This document shows, piece by piece, positions 34,490 through 43,795 of a stretch of 64,000 nt of DNA. This stretch comes from an uncultured Oscillospiraceae bacterium. Its GTDB lineage: Bacteria > Bacillota > Clostridia > Oscillospirales > Oscillospiraceae. The notes beneath the pieces were generated by a model. That model searched no databases. It was given only the letters and a program-made list of their open reading frames with translations, and had not been told where the DNA came from. Each line of letters begins with the position of its first letter. Position 1 is the first letter of the stretch. The stretch spans positions 4,366 to 68,365 of the forward strand of contig CAYFQE010000004.1 of the NCBI GenBank assembly GCA_964345235.1, in the 5' to 3' direction. A program made the position numbers and the translations under genes.

Positions 34490-36733
34490 TTAAAGCAAAG
34501 TCATTTGAACAAGTCCCATGTCCTCTTCCCTTAGGATTGCGCCTCTTGCGGGGAAAGTTCTCGACCTGTATCTGGCCTTCTGTTTAATATCACTTTCGGA
34601 AAAGCGCATTGCCGAAACAACTTTTTTGCCTTCTTTAAGCCTCATTACGGCGTTGCCCTGCGCAGTTCTCGACTTTTTAACGGCAATTTGGTCTGAGCCT
34701 ACCAGCAGGGCTCTGTTTTCATCGGAAACGAGAACAATCTCGTCCTCTTCTCTAAGGTGGAAAATCTTTACCACGGGACTGTCGGCGTTATAGGCGTTTA
34801 TAAGTTTTCGCCTGTTTTGCTTTGTTTCGTAGGAGTCTATCGGCGTGCGCAAGAGCTTGCCGTTTTCGAACACAAAGATTAAATCTTTGGCGTATTCCTC
34901 GGGATGCACCAAATCGAGGAAGTTTTCGCCCTCGTCCATCTCGAGAAGAGATGAGAGGAAGCTTCCAAGCTGAGAGGCTTTGGCCTCGGGTATCTCATCT
35001 ACCCTCATTTTATAAACTTGAGCCTTGTCGGAGAAAATCAGAAGCGTGTCGTTACTCCGGCAGTCGAAAGAATAGAGCTCTCTGTCGCCCTCTTTAAACT
35101 TCTGCTCGCCCGAGCTCTTGAGCCCTTGATGGTTGAGGTTTTTAATGTAGCCCTGCTCTGAAACAAGCAGGTGGCAGGGATAGGCCTCCTCTTCTTCATC
35201 CGCAAGTTCTTCAATCTCATCTGCATAGACAATAGAACTTTTCCGCTCGGTGCCATGCTTTTTTATTACCTCTTCGAGCTCTTTTATAATGAGTCTGCGA
35301 ACTTTCGCCCTGCTCTTTAGTGTTTCTTCAAGGTTTTTTATATCGCTGATCAGGCCTTCTTTCTCGGATATCTTCTTGAGTATATACTCCCTATTTATAT
35401 TGCGAAGCTTAATCTCCGCAACAAACTCGGCCTGCACTTCGTCTATCCCAAAGCCCATCATAAGATTGGGTACTACATCCGCCTCGCGCTCAGTGTTGCG
35501 GATTATGGCTATCGCCTTGTCGATATCGAGCAGTATTTTCGAAAGACCCATGAGCAGATGGAGTCTTTCTTTCTTGCGCCTAAGCTCAAAGTGAATTCTG
35601 CGTTTTACGCACTCTTCTCTCCAAGCCGTCCACTCTTCTAAAAGCTCTCTCACCCCGAGCACTTGAGGCGTGCCGGCTATTAGTATGTTGAAGTTGCAGG
35701 AGAAAGTGTCGAGCAGGGGAGTCATTTTGAAGAGCTTTTGCATGAGCGCTTCGGGATCGACTCCTCGCTTTAGGTCTATTGTGATGAGAAGACCTTTAAG
35801 GTCGCTCTCGTCTCTCACATCCGAGATTTCTTTAAGCTTTCCGGCCTTCACGTGCTCGGAAATCTTGTCCATTATGGCCTCGATGGTGGTTGTATAGGGT
35901 ATCTCCCTTATTTCTATGAGATTGTTCTTCTTCTCATACTGCCACTTGGCTCTGATTTTGAAGCTCCCGCGACCTGTTTCGTAAATCTCGCGCATCTTCT
36001 GCTCGTCCATTATAATCTCGCCGCCAGTCGGGAAATCGGGGGCTTTGAGAGTTTGCATAATGTCGGCCTCGGGGTCGTTCATCAGAGTCATTGCCGTTTC
36101 GCAGGTCTCTTTTAAGTTGAAGCCGCAGATGTTCGAGGCCATACCTACGGCTATACCCGTGTTGGCGGAAACCAAGAGATTCGGGTAACTTGTGGGCAGT
36201 AGGGTGGGCTCGTTTTTCGTGTTGTCGTAGTTGGGGACAAAATCCACCGTGTCGGAGTCGATGTCCCTAAAGATTTCTCTGCAAATTTCCGTGAGCTTGG
36301 CCTCGGTATATCGGGGTGCGGCATAGGCCATATCTCGCGAATATACCTTGCCGAAGTTGCCCTTGCTATCGACAAAGGGGGCGTTTAAAGCCTCGTAGCC
36401 CTTGGATAGGCGAACCATCGTTTCGTATATAGAGGCATCTCCGTGCGGGTTTAGCTGCATGGTCTGTCCCACGATGTTGGCGGATTTAATTTTTTTTCCG
36501 CCGAGAAGCCCCATCTTATACATGGTGTAGAGAAGCTTGCGGTGAGATGGCTTGAAGCCGTCGATTTCGGGGATTGCTCTGGATAAAATTACGCTCATGG
36601 CATAGGGCATATAGTTGGTCTCTAAGGTGACGCTTATCGGCATCTCGGTGACCTCTGCCCTTAGTCCTTTCACATTTTCCAGAAGCTTTTCATCTATTTT
36701 CAGCTCATTATTTTCTTTTTTCCTTCTTGCCAT
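34490..36733 (-). CDS. parC: Type IIA DNA topoisomerase subunit A (ParC-like; no GyrA box)
   Basis: YMPYAMSVILSRAIPEIDGFKPSHRKLLYTM, active-site region AAPRYTEAKL. The short C-terminal domain has no QRRGGKG-type GyrA box. Confidence 0.75.
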   Translation of the reverse strand: MARRKKENNELKIDEKLLENVKGLRAEVTEMPISVTLETNYMPYAMSVILSRAIPEIDGFKPSHRKLLYTMYKMGLLGGKKIKSANIVGQTMQLNPHGDASIYETMVRLSKGYEALNAPFVDSKGNFGKVYSRDMAYAAPRYTEAKLTEICREIFRDIDSDTVDFVPNYDNTKNEPTLLPTSYPNLLVSANTGIAVGMASNICGFNLKETCETAMTLMNDPEADIMQTLKAPDFPTGGEIIMDEQKMREIYETGRGSFKIRAKWQYEKKNNLIEIREIPYTTTIEAIMDKISEHVKAGKLKEISDVRDESDLKGLLITIDLKRGVDPEALMQKLFKMTPLLDTFSCNFNILIAGTPQVLGVRELLEEWTAWREECVKRRIHFELRRKKERLHLLMGLSKILLDIDKAIAIIRNTEREADVVPNLMMGFGIDEVQAEFVAEIKLRNINREYILKKISEKEGLISDIKNLEETLKSRAKVRRLIIKELEEVIKKHGTERKSSIVYADEIEELADEEEEAYPCHLLVSEQGYIKNLNHQGLKSSGEQKFKEGDRELYSFDCRSNDTLLIFSDKAQVYKMRVDEIPEAKASQLGSFLSSLLEMDEGENFLDLVHPEEYAKDLIFVFENGKLLRTPIDSYETKQNRRKLINAYNADSPVVKIFHLREEDEIVLVSDENRALLVGSDQIAVKKSRTAQGNAVMRLKEGKKVVSAMRFSESDIKQKARYRSRTFPARGAILREEDMGLVQMTLL

Positions 36734-36745
36734 TTATATGACCTC

Positions 36746-38731
36746 TCACGATACATCGACAAGGTCCATATAGTTGGAACCGAAGTCGCTGATAAATTGC
36801 TTTCTGCCTGCCAGATTGTCGCCCAAAAGCAAATCGAAAAACTCCGCCGTGCGCTTTATATCCTCGGGCACAACTTTTATAAGCTTTCTTGTTTCGGGAT
36901 TCATTGTTGTGAGCCACATCATTTCGGGCTCGTTTTCGCCCAAGCCTTTTGAGCGCTTTACCTGAAGTTTTTTCGAATCGAGTTTCTGCACTATCTCGTT
37001 TTTCTCGGAATCGGAATAGGCAAAGTGGGTGGTCTTTCCATCGCTTATCTCATAGAGCGGCGACTCGGCAATGTAGGTGTAGCCCTCCCTTATTAAAGTC
37101 GGAGCAAGGCGGTAGAACATTGCCAATATGAGCGTTCTTATCTGGAATCCGTCGACATCGGCATCGGTGCAGATTATTATCTTTGACCAACGCAGGGCAT
37201 CCAAATCGAATGATGCCAGGTCTTTATGCTTCCTCGGCACCTCGACTCCGCAACCCAAAACTTTTATGAGGTCCATGATGACATCAGACTTGAAGATTCT
37301 GGCGTAATCCGCCTTGAGGCAGTTTAGAATTTTTCCTCTTACGGGCATTATGCCCTGAAACTCGGCGTTTCTCGACTGCTTGCAGGCGCCGAGAGCAGAA
37401 TCGCCCTCGACTATGTAGAGCTCGCGCTTTGAAACATCGCGGCTGCGGCAATCGACAAATTTATCGACCCTGTCGGAAAACTTCAATGTTCCTTTGAGCT
37501 TTGTGCGTATGCTTAGCCTTGTTTTTTCGGCCTCTTCGCGGCTTCTTTTGTTTATGAGCACCTGCTCCAAGATTCTGTCGGCCTCCGCCTTGTTTTCGAT
37601 GAAGAAAATTTTGAGGTTTTCCCTCATAAACTCGGTCATGGCTTTTTGAATAAAGCTGTTGTTTACCGCCTTCTTGGTTTGGTTCTCATAGGAGGCCATT
37701 GTCGAAAAGCAGTTTGTGACAAGCACGAGAGAATCTTCTATATCGTTAAAGGCGATCTTGCGCTCGTTTTTCTGATATTTGTCTTCTCTTTTTATATAGT
37801 CGTCCAGCGCATAGACAAAGGCGTTTCTTGCCGCCTTGTCGGGCGCGCCGCCATATTCGAGCCACGAGGAGTTGTGATAGTACTCTATCGCGCTGTTCTG
37901 TCTTGTAAAACAGAAAGCGAAGGAGATTTTTACCTTATATTCCGCTCTGTCGGGTCTGTCGCGGCCACGGCGCTCGGTTTCGAGAAATCTCGGTTCACTG
38001 AGTCGGTCGGGGCCGGCAAGCTCCTCGACATAGTCCGTTATGCCGTTTTCGTAGTAAAACTCTTCTTCACTGAACTTTCCGGGAGCAGTTTCTTCTTTGA
38101 AAATAAAGTGCACACCCTGATTTACCACTGCCTGCCTTTTTAGCATATCGGTGAAGTATTCTCTCGGAATGTCTATATCGGTAAACACTTCCAAATCGGG
38201 CAGAAAGCGTATGCGGGTGCCCGTCTTGCGGCGCTTGGCTTCTTCCTTCTGCATCTCGCCCACCGCTCTGCCCCGCTCGAAGTGCAGATTGTATTTATAG
38301 TCATCTCTGTAGACCTCGACATCCATATATCTGGAGGCGTACTGTGTGGCGCAGGAGCCGAGGCCGTTTAAGCCCAGTGAATACTCGTAGTTTTCTCCCT
38401 CGGCGTTCATATATTTGCCCCCGGCATAGAGCTCGCAGAAAACAAGCTCCCAGTTGTAGCGCTCTTCTTTCGCATTCCAGTCCACGGGACAACCTCTTCC
38501 GAAATCCTCGCACTCTATGCTCTTATCCAGATAGCGAGTTAGGATAATTTTATTGCCATATCCGCCTCTGGCCTCGTCTATTGCATTTGAAAGAATTTCG
38601 AACACCGCATGCTGACAGCCCTCTATACCGTCGGAGCCGAAGATTACAGATGGACGAAGCCTGACTCTGTCTTCACCTTTAAGACTGCTTATGCTTTCGT
38701 TTGTGTAATTTGTTGTCGGCAATTTTGCCAT
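36746..38731 (-). CDS. parE: Type IIA DNA topoisomerase subunit B (ParE-like)
   Basis: GHKL ATPase FEILSNAIDEA, TOPRIM YIVEGDSALG, PVRGKILN, and ICTDADVDGFQIRTL. Confidence 0.8.
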   Translation of the reverse strand: MAKLPTTNYTNESISSLKGEDRVRLRPSVIFGSDGIEGCQHAVFEILSNAIDEARGGYGNKIILTRYLDKSIECEDFGRGCPVDWNAKEERYNWELVFCELYAGGKYMNAEGENYEYSLGLNGLGSCATQYASRYMDVEVYRDDYKYNLHFERGRAVGEMQKEEAKRRKTGTRIRFLPDLEVFTDIDIPREYFTDMLKRQAVVNQGVHFIFKEETAPGKFSEEEFYYENGITDYVEELAGPDRLSEPRFLETERRGRDRPDRAEYKVKISFAFCFTRQNSAIEYYHNSSWLEYGGAPDKAARNAFVYALDDYIKREDKYQKNERKIAFNDIEDSLVLVTNCFSTMASYENQTKKAVNNSFIQKAMTEFMRENLKIFFIENKAEADRILEQVLINKRSREEAEKTRLSIRTKLKGTLKFSDRVDKFVDCRSRDVSKRELYIVEGDSALGACKQSRNAEFQGIMPVRGKILNCLKADYARIFKSDVIMDLIKVLGCGVEVPRKHKDLASFDLDALRWSKIIICTDADVDGFQIRTLILAMFYRLAPTLIREGYTYIAESPLYEISDGKTTHFAYSDSEKNEIVQKLDSKKLQVKRSKGLGENEPEMMWLTTMNPETRKLIKVVPEDIKRTAEFFDLLLGDNLAGRKQFISDFGSNYMDLVDVS

Positions 38732-38763
38732 ATAGCTACCTCTTTATCTTTAAGCTCAATCAT

Positions 38764-38790
38764 TTGTTGCAGACACAATATCTGCAACAA
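38764..38790 (-). other. 10-bp perfect hairpin in the parE 5' leader
   Basis: TTGTTGCAGA (38764-38773), CACAATA, TCTGCAACAA (38781-38790). Lies 33-59 nt upstream of the parE start codon. Confidence 0.4.
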
Positions 38791-38965
38791 AAAGCTCTTT
38801 TTGCTATTTAATTTTACGATATATTGAGTTTTTTTGCAAGTTTTTTGAGTCAGTTCAAACACGATACATTTTTTATCACGAGAGCTTTGCCGCTGGACTA
38901 TCGGGCCTTGCTGAGTTATAATATAAGTGTAGAAATTCGCAGATAAATTGCAAGGAGTGCGCATT

Positions 38966-39208
38966 ATGAACTACTCTCTGATTATCATTGCTGTAATACT
39001 CGTCGTACTGCTTATAAAGCTTTTTAAGGCTCCCTTTAAGCTTGTTTGGAAGATTATTATTAACGCCGTTTCCGGCCTTTTAACTCTGTTGGTGTTCAAC
39101 TTTGTGGCCGGATTCTTCGGTACGAGCATAGATATAAACTTCATAAATTGCCTAATCTCGGGCGTTTTAGGCATTCCCGGTGTGATTTTAATTCTGCTTT
39201 TCAGATAA
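38966..39208 (+). CDS. bofA: Pro-sigma-K processing inhibitor BofA
   Basis: 80 aa, two TM. KIIINAVSGLLTLLVFNFVAGFFG...NCLISGVLGIPGVILILL matches the BofA pattern. ATG 38966 follows AAGGAG. Confidence 0.8.
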   Translation: MNYSLIIIAVILVVLLIKLFKAPFKLVWKIIINAVSGLLTLLVFNFVAGFFGTSIDINFINCLISGVLGIPGVILILLFR

Positions 39209-39233
39209 TTAGATAATAAGAAAGGAAGATAAA

Positions 39234-39938
39234 ATGTATTTTGACTTCACCTATTTAATTCTGGTTCTCCCCGCCATTATATTTTCGCTTTGGGCAAGCG
39301 CAAAAGTAAAGGGCACATACAGAAAATATAAGGACCTCCCGACTTCAAGCGGCCTTAGCGGCGCAGAGGCCGCCCGATTAATTCTCAACGGAAACGGTTT
39401 GCGCGGTGTTCGCATTGCAAAAATTGACGGCGAACTCACAGACCACTACGATCCGAAAAGCAACACCATAAGCCTTTCGAGTGATATTCACGACGGAACT
39501 TCTGCCGTCGCAATCGGCATTGCCGCCCACGAGGTCGGCCACGCCATACAGCACGCCGAGAGCTACGCTCCTCTTAAAATAAGAAATGCGATTATTCCCA
39601 TGACGAATATAGGTTCGACGCTTTCTATTCCCCTTGTAATTTTGGGAATTCTTTTGACCCGAATATCTCAAGACTTAATTGTTGTCGCCTATGGCGGCAT
39701 CGCTCTTTTCGGCCTGGTGGTCGTTTTTCAGTTGCTCACTCTGCCCACGGAATTTAACGCCAGCTCAAGAGCGCTCGTTAAGATAAATGAATACAATATA
39801 CTTCGTGAAGATGAAGTGAAGCCTGTTAAAAAGGTTCTCTCGGCGGCGGCTATGACCTATGTTGCGGCCCTTGCCGTATCTCTGGCGCAACTACTCAGAC
39901 TTCTGCTGATTGTTGCCGGAGGAAGAAGACGAAATTAA
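39234..39938 (+). CDS. Membrane zinc metallopeptidase (Zn_peptidase_2 / YpfJ-like family)
   Basis: N-terminal TM, HYDPKSNTISLS, zinc motif AAHEVGHAIQH, and C-terminal TMs. Confidence 0.8.
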   Translation: MYFDFTYLILVLPAIIFSLWASAKVKGTYRKYKDLPTSSGLSGAEAARLILNGNGLRGVRIAKIDGELTDHYDPKSNTISLSSDIHDGTSAVAIGIAAHEVGHAIQHAESYAPLKIRNAIIPMTNIGSTLSIPLVILGILLTRISQDLIVVAYGGIALFGLVVVFQLLTLPTEFNASSRALVKINEYNILREDEVKPVKKVLSAAAMTYVAALAVSLAQLLRLLLIVAGGRRRN

Positions 39939-39956
39939 GTTTTAATAAAAAGGCAA

Positions 39957-39995
39957 AGCTCCGAGCTTTTTGGCTCGGAGCTTAATCTTTTTTGT
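39957..39995. terminator. Bidirectional rho-independent terminator
   Basis: Stem AGCTCCGAGC (39957-39966) / GCTCGGAGCT (39973-39982) followed by TAATCTTTTTTG. An A-run upstream serves the convergent hydrogenase gene. Confidence 0.7.
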
Positions 39996-39996
39996 T

Positions 39997-41727
39997 TTAT
40001 TTTACTTCGACTTCCCACTTGTTGTGGTCGGTATGCAGAAGGTGATGAGATCTCTCGCTCAGAGGCTTTTCGAAGTATTCTTTATAGAGTCCTATAATAT
40101 CGGGGTTTTCGTGACTGTATCTTATTTCGCTTTCCATATCCAAGCGCCAGAGCTCTTCGCCGCGCTCGGCGGCAAGTTCGTACCCGTCTTTTATCGGCTG
40201 TCCTCCGCCTCCGACACAGCCGCCGGGGCAGGCCATGACCTCTACAAAGTCGTAGCTTGCTCTGCCGTTTTCTATATCGTCCAAGAGTTCCCTTGTGTTT
40301 TTAAGCCCCGAAACCACGGCCAGTCTAACCTCTCCGGCTCCGGGTATTTTGAAGCTTGCCTCTTTGCGTCCCTTGGGGCCCCTCACAGCCTTAAAGGTAT
40401 CGGGATCGGGGTTTTCGCCCGTTATAAGATAGTAGGCAGAGCGCAGAGCCGCATCCATAACCCCGCCGGTGGCCCCGAAGACCACTGCTGCACCGGTTCC
40501 CGAGCCGAGAGGCGAATCGAATTCCTCTTCGGGCAAAAATCCGGGGTTTATGCCCTTGGCTCTCAGCATTCTGTCGAACTCTCTGGTTGTTATAACAACA
40601 TCAACATCGCTGTCGGTGCCCGCATCGTTCATTGTGGGTATTGCCCTCTCGGCTTTTTTGGCAGTGCAGGGCATTATTGAGACACATAAAATCTTTTTGG
40701 GGTCTACACCGATTTTTTCGGCAAAGAAGCTCTTGGCAACTGCGCCGAACATCTGCTGGGGGCTCTTTGCCGTTGAGAGATTGCCTGTGAGCTCGGGGTA
40801 GAAACCCTTTAAGTAGCGCACCCAACCCGGACAGCAGGAGGTGAACATGGGCCAGTTGTAGTCATCACGGTGGGTAAAGCGCTCAATAAACTCGCTACCC
40901 TCCTCCATTATCGTGAGGTCTGCTGTGAAGTTTGTGTCGAACACATAGTCGAAACCCAGTCTTCTCATGGCGGCGGCCATTCTCTTGGGGCTTGCCGCCT
41001 CTCTGTTTAGGCCGAACATCTCGCCCCAAGCCGCTCTTACGGAGGGAGCGATCTGCGCAATTGTGATTACTTCGGGATTTTCCAAGGCCTCGAAAACCTT
41101 TTCGGTGTCGTCTCTGGCAGCGAGCGCAGAGGTGGGGCAGTGAGTGACACACTGGCCGCAGAATACACAGCCCGAATCAATGAGGTCGAGTCCGTCTCTC
41201 ACCTCTATCTCGGTTCTGCCTCCCGTTCCGGTAAGCTTCCAAATCTGGACACCTTGTATATTGTCGCAGACCTGTATACAGCGCAGACAGTGTATGCATT
41301 TTGTGGAGTTTCTTATTATTGGCAGATTTTGGTTCCACGGTTTTTCGCTAAGCCTCTTTTTATATATGTCATCGATGTTCATGGATGACGCCAACTCCTG
41401 AAGCTTGCAGTTTCCGCTTCGGCTGCAGGTCGGGCAGGAGCAGTTGTGCTGTGAGAGCAGAAGCTGCATATTTACCATGCGAGCTCTTCTGGCTCTGGGC
41501 GAATCGGTGAGAACTTCCATGCCCTCTTCAACCGGAGTCGCACACGAGGCTACAAGTCTGTCTTGACCTTTGACTTCAACAACACAAATTCTGCACGCCC
41601 CTATGTCGTTCAGGCCTTCGAAGTAGCAGAGACTTGGTATGGAAATTCCAAGCTGCTCGGCAGCCTTTATTATGCTGGTGCCTTCCTGTACCTGCACCTT
41701 TTTTCCGTTTATTTTTAACTTTACCAT
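39997..41727 (-). CDS. hydA: [FeFe]-hydrogenase catalytic subunit (group A, M3-type domain set)
   Basis: N-terminal 2Fe-2S ferredoxin-like domain (MVKLKINGKKVQVQEGTSII...CRICVVEV), 4Fe-4S motifs, and H-cluster motifs TSCCPGWV, MPCTAKKAE and EVMACPGGCVGGGGQP. Start trimmed to ATG 41727, which overlaps the upstream stop (ATGGTAA). Confidence 0.92.
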   Translation of the reverse strand: MVKLKINGKKVQVQEGTSIIKAAEQLGISIPSLCYFEGLNDIGACRICVVEVKGQDRLVASCATPVEEGMEVLTDSPRARRARMVNMQLLLSQHNCSCPTCSRSGNCKLQELASSMNIDDIYKKRLSEKPWNQNLPIIRNSTKCIHCLRCIQVCDNIQGVQIWKLTGTGGRTEIEVRDGLDLIDSGCVFCGQCVTHCPTSALAARDDTEKVFEALENPEVITIAQIAPSVRAAWGEMFGLNREAASPKRMAAAMRRLGFDYVFDTNFTADLTIMEEGSEFIERFTHRDDYNWPMFTSCCPGWVRYLKGFYPELTGNLSTAKSPQQMFGAVAKSFFAEKIGVDPKKILCVSIMPCTAKKAERAIPTMNDAGTDSDVDVVITTREFDRMLRAKGINPGFLPEEEFDSPLGSGTGAAVVFGATGGVMDAALRSAYYLITGENPDPDTFKAVRGPKGRKEASFKIPGAGEVRLAVVSGLKNTRELLDDIENGRASYDFVEVMACPGGCVGGGGQPIKDGYELAAERGEELWRLDMESEIRYSHENPDIIGLYKEYFEKPLSERSHHLLHTDHNKWEVEVK

Positions 41728-43559
41728 CCGAACTCCCTCCCCCCTCTGAAGGTTCCGAAGCCCGAGGCATCGCATCTAAGGCAGCGGGACGACTCGAAGA
41801 GAGCCTCTTCCTCGGTTAGTCCGATCTCTATACAGCCGAAGTCGTTTCGGCGCTGGAATACCGGTCTTTCTGCAGTGTTGATTCTTCCCCTTGCGGGCTT
41901 GTTTTCAAGTTTAGGCGCCGGTACCTCTATATCCGTTTTTATCTCATGGTTGAATCCTAAAAACTTGTCGATATTGGCAGCGGCAACCTTGCCGGCTTCT
42001 ATGGCTCTTATGACCGTGGCCGGTCCCGTGACACACTCTCCGCCGGCGAAAATCTTCGGGTCGGTACTGTGCTGACCGAACTCGTCTGCTTCTATCAGAT
42101 TCTTTCGCGTGACCAAGACTCCGCTTTCCTTGAAGTGACCTACATCTGCTCTTTGACCTACAGCGACTATTATGAGATCAGCCGGCAGTCTTTCGGGCTT
42201 GAGTGCGGAATCGATGGGCTTCGGTCTGCCGTCTTTTCCGACTTCTCCCGGTATCTGTGGCATAACCAGAAGAGCACAGGCTCTGCCGCTGTCGTCAGCA
42301 ACTATTTTTATCGGAGACTTGAGCTCGAGAATCGAGGCGCCCTCGGCAATTGCGCCCTCTATCTCCTCGGCCTGAGCAGTCATGTCTACCCTTCTTCTGC
42401 GGTAGGCAACATCCACGCTCACGGCGCCCAATCTTATACAGGTTCTGGTAACATCCATTGCGACATTGCCTCCGCCGATGACTATGACTCTTTTGCCCCT
42501 CAAATCGGGGGGGTTGTCGTTGCCCATATCGCGGACGAGCTCGACTGCGGACATAACTCCTTCGAGCTCTTCGCCCTCGATTCTTGCGGAGGAGCCCAGA
42601 TGCGCTCCTATAGAAATGTACACGGCATCGTGAGAATCTTTTATTTCATTAAATTTCACATCACTGCCGACATCGACATTGAGCTTAAGCTCCACGCCTG
42701 TTTTAAGTATGCTGTTAATATCCTTGTCCAGTTTTTCTCTTGGAAGTCTGTAGGCGGGTATGCCGTAGCGCAGCATACCTCCTGCGCGCTGCTGTTTTTC
42801 GAAAACGGTAACGCTGTGTCCCATAAGCGAAAGGAAGTAGGCCGCCGTTAGTCCGCTCGGACCGGCGCCTATAACGGCCACTTTTTTGCCGGTGGATTCC
42901 GCCTTTTTCTGCGCCTTTGCCTCTCCGGCATGGTCGACTGCATAGCGCTTGAGCGCCCTTATATTGAGGGAATAGTCTATCATCCGGCGGCGGCAGTGGG
43001 TTTCGCAGGGGTGCTCGCATATATATGCGCAAGTCACCGGGAAGGGGTTGTCCTTCCTGATAAGCTCAACCGCCTCGTCGTATCGTTTTTCGTTTATGAG
43101 CGCCAAGTATCCCGGCACATCCACATTGGCAGGACATTTTTTTGTGCAGGGAACCGCGGTGGCAAGTCCTCCCTTACAGCGCTTCCTATGTACATGTTCA
43201 TCATAGTCGTCTCTGAAATTGTTAATACTTGTAAGTACTATGCGTGCTGCGTCATATCCTATGGCGCAGTCAGCCGTGTCCGCTATAACTTTGGCAGTTT
43301 TCTCGAGGAGTTCTATACTCTTATCGTTGCCCCTGCCATTCAATATGTCCCCAAGAATAGTGAGAAGCTGGCTAAGCCCGACTCGACATGGGGTGCACTT
43401 ACCACAGGACTGCGCATGACACACTCCCACGAAACTGCGAACCATATCTACCGGGCAAACATCGGGCGGTGTTGTTGTCAATCGTCTTCCCATATCCGAC
43501 ATGAGCAAGTCGGCCGTTTTGCGGCCATCACTCTCGCTCATAAGCTTCAGTCTGCTCAC
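41721..43559 (-). CDS. Hydrogenase-associated flavoprotein: NuoF-C-terminal-like [4Fe-4S] module fused to a GltD/NfnB-like NAD(P)H:FAD oxidoreductase
   Basis: CHAQSCGKCTPCRVG (NuoF/HydB N3-type motif), GltD-type Cys cluster CTKKCPANVDVPGY...CEHPCETHCRR, dinucleotide folds KKVAVIGAGPSGLTAAYFL and RVIVIGGGNVAMD, and C-terminal RCLRCD. The GTG start at 43559 is uncertain (ATG 18 nt downstream). Confidence 0.8.
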   Translation of the reverse strand: MSRLKLMSESDGRKTADLLMSDMGRRLTTTPPDVCPVDMVRSFVGVCHAQSCGKCTPCRVGLSQLLTILGDILNGRGNDKSIELLEKTAKVIADTADCAIGYDAARIVLTSINNFRDDYDEHVHRKRCKGGLATAVPCTKKCPANVDVPGYLALINEKRYDEAVELIRKDNPFPVTCAYICEHPCETHCRRRMIDYSLNIRALKRYAVDHAGEAKAQKKAESTGKKVAVIGAGPSGLTAAYFLSLMGHSVTVFEKQQRAGGMLRYGIPAYRLPREKLDKDINSILKTGVELKLNVDVGSDVKFNEIKDSHDAVYISIGAHLGSSARIEGEELEGVMSAVELVRDMGNDNPPDLRGKRVIVIGGGNVAMDVTRTCIRLGAVSVDVAYRRRRVDMTAQAEEIEGAIAEGASILELKSPIKIVADDSGRACALLVMPQIPGEVGKDGRPKPIDSALKPERLPADLIIVAVGQRADVGHFKESGVLVTRKNLIEADEFGQHSTDPKIFAGGECVTGPATVIRAIEAGKVAAANIDKFLGFNHEIKTDIEVPAPKLENKPARGRINTAERPVFQRRNDFGCIEIGLTEEEALFESSRCLRCDASGFGTFRGGREFGW

Positions 43560-43729
43560 TTGCTTTCATCACCCCTTATTTTATTTTTTTATTATTCTTT
43601 ATAATACTTTTTTAAAGAGCAAAAGGCAAGGGTTTGATTTTGTCTATTTCTTGTCTATCTAAATAAATCTTACACTCTTATTTCTTTTCTCTGCTTTTTG
43701 TAGAATTTTTCAAGCATTTAGTTCAGTCA

Positions 43730-43757
43730 AAAAAGCGACCACCGAGGTGGTCGCTTT
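43730..43757 (-). terminator. Rho-independent terminator after the opu-type operon
   Basis: Minus strand: AAGCGACCACC-TCG-GTGGTCGCTT followed by TTTTTGACT. Confidence 0.7.
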
Positions 43758-43795
43758 CGTGTTTTAAGTTTTATTGTCTGTCTAGTTGGTCGCTT

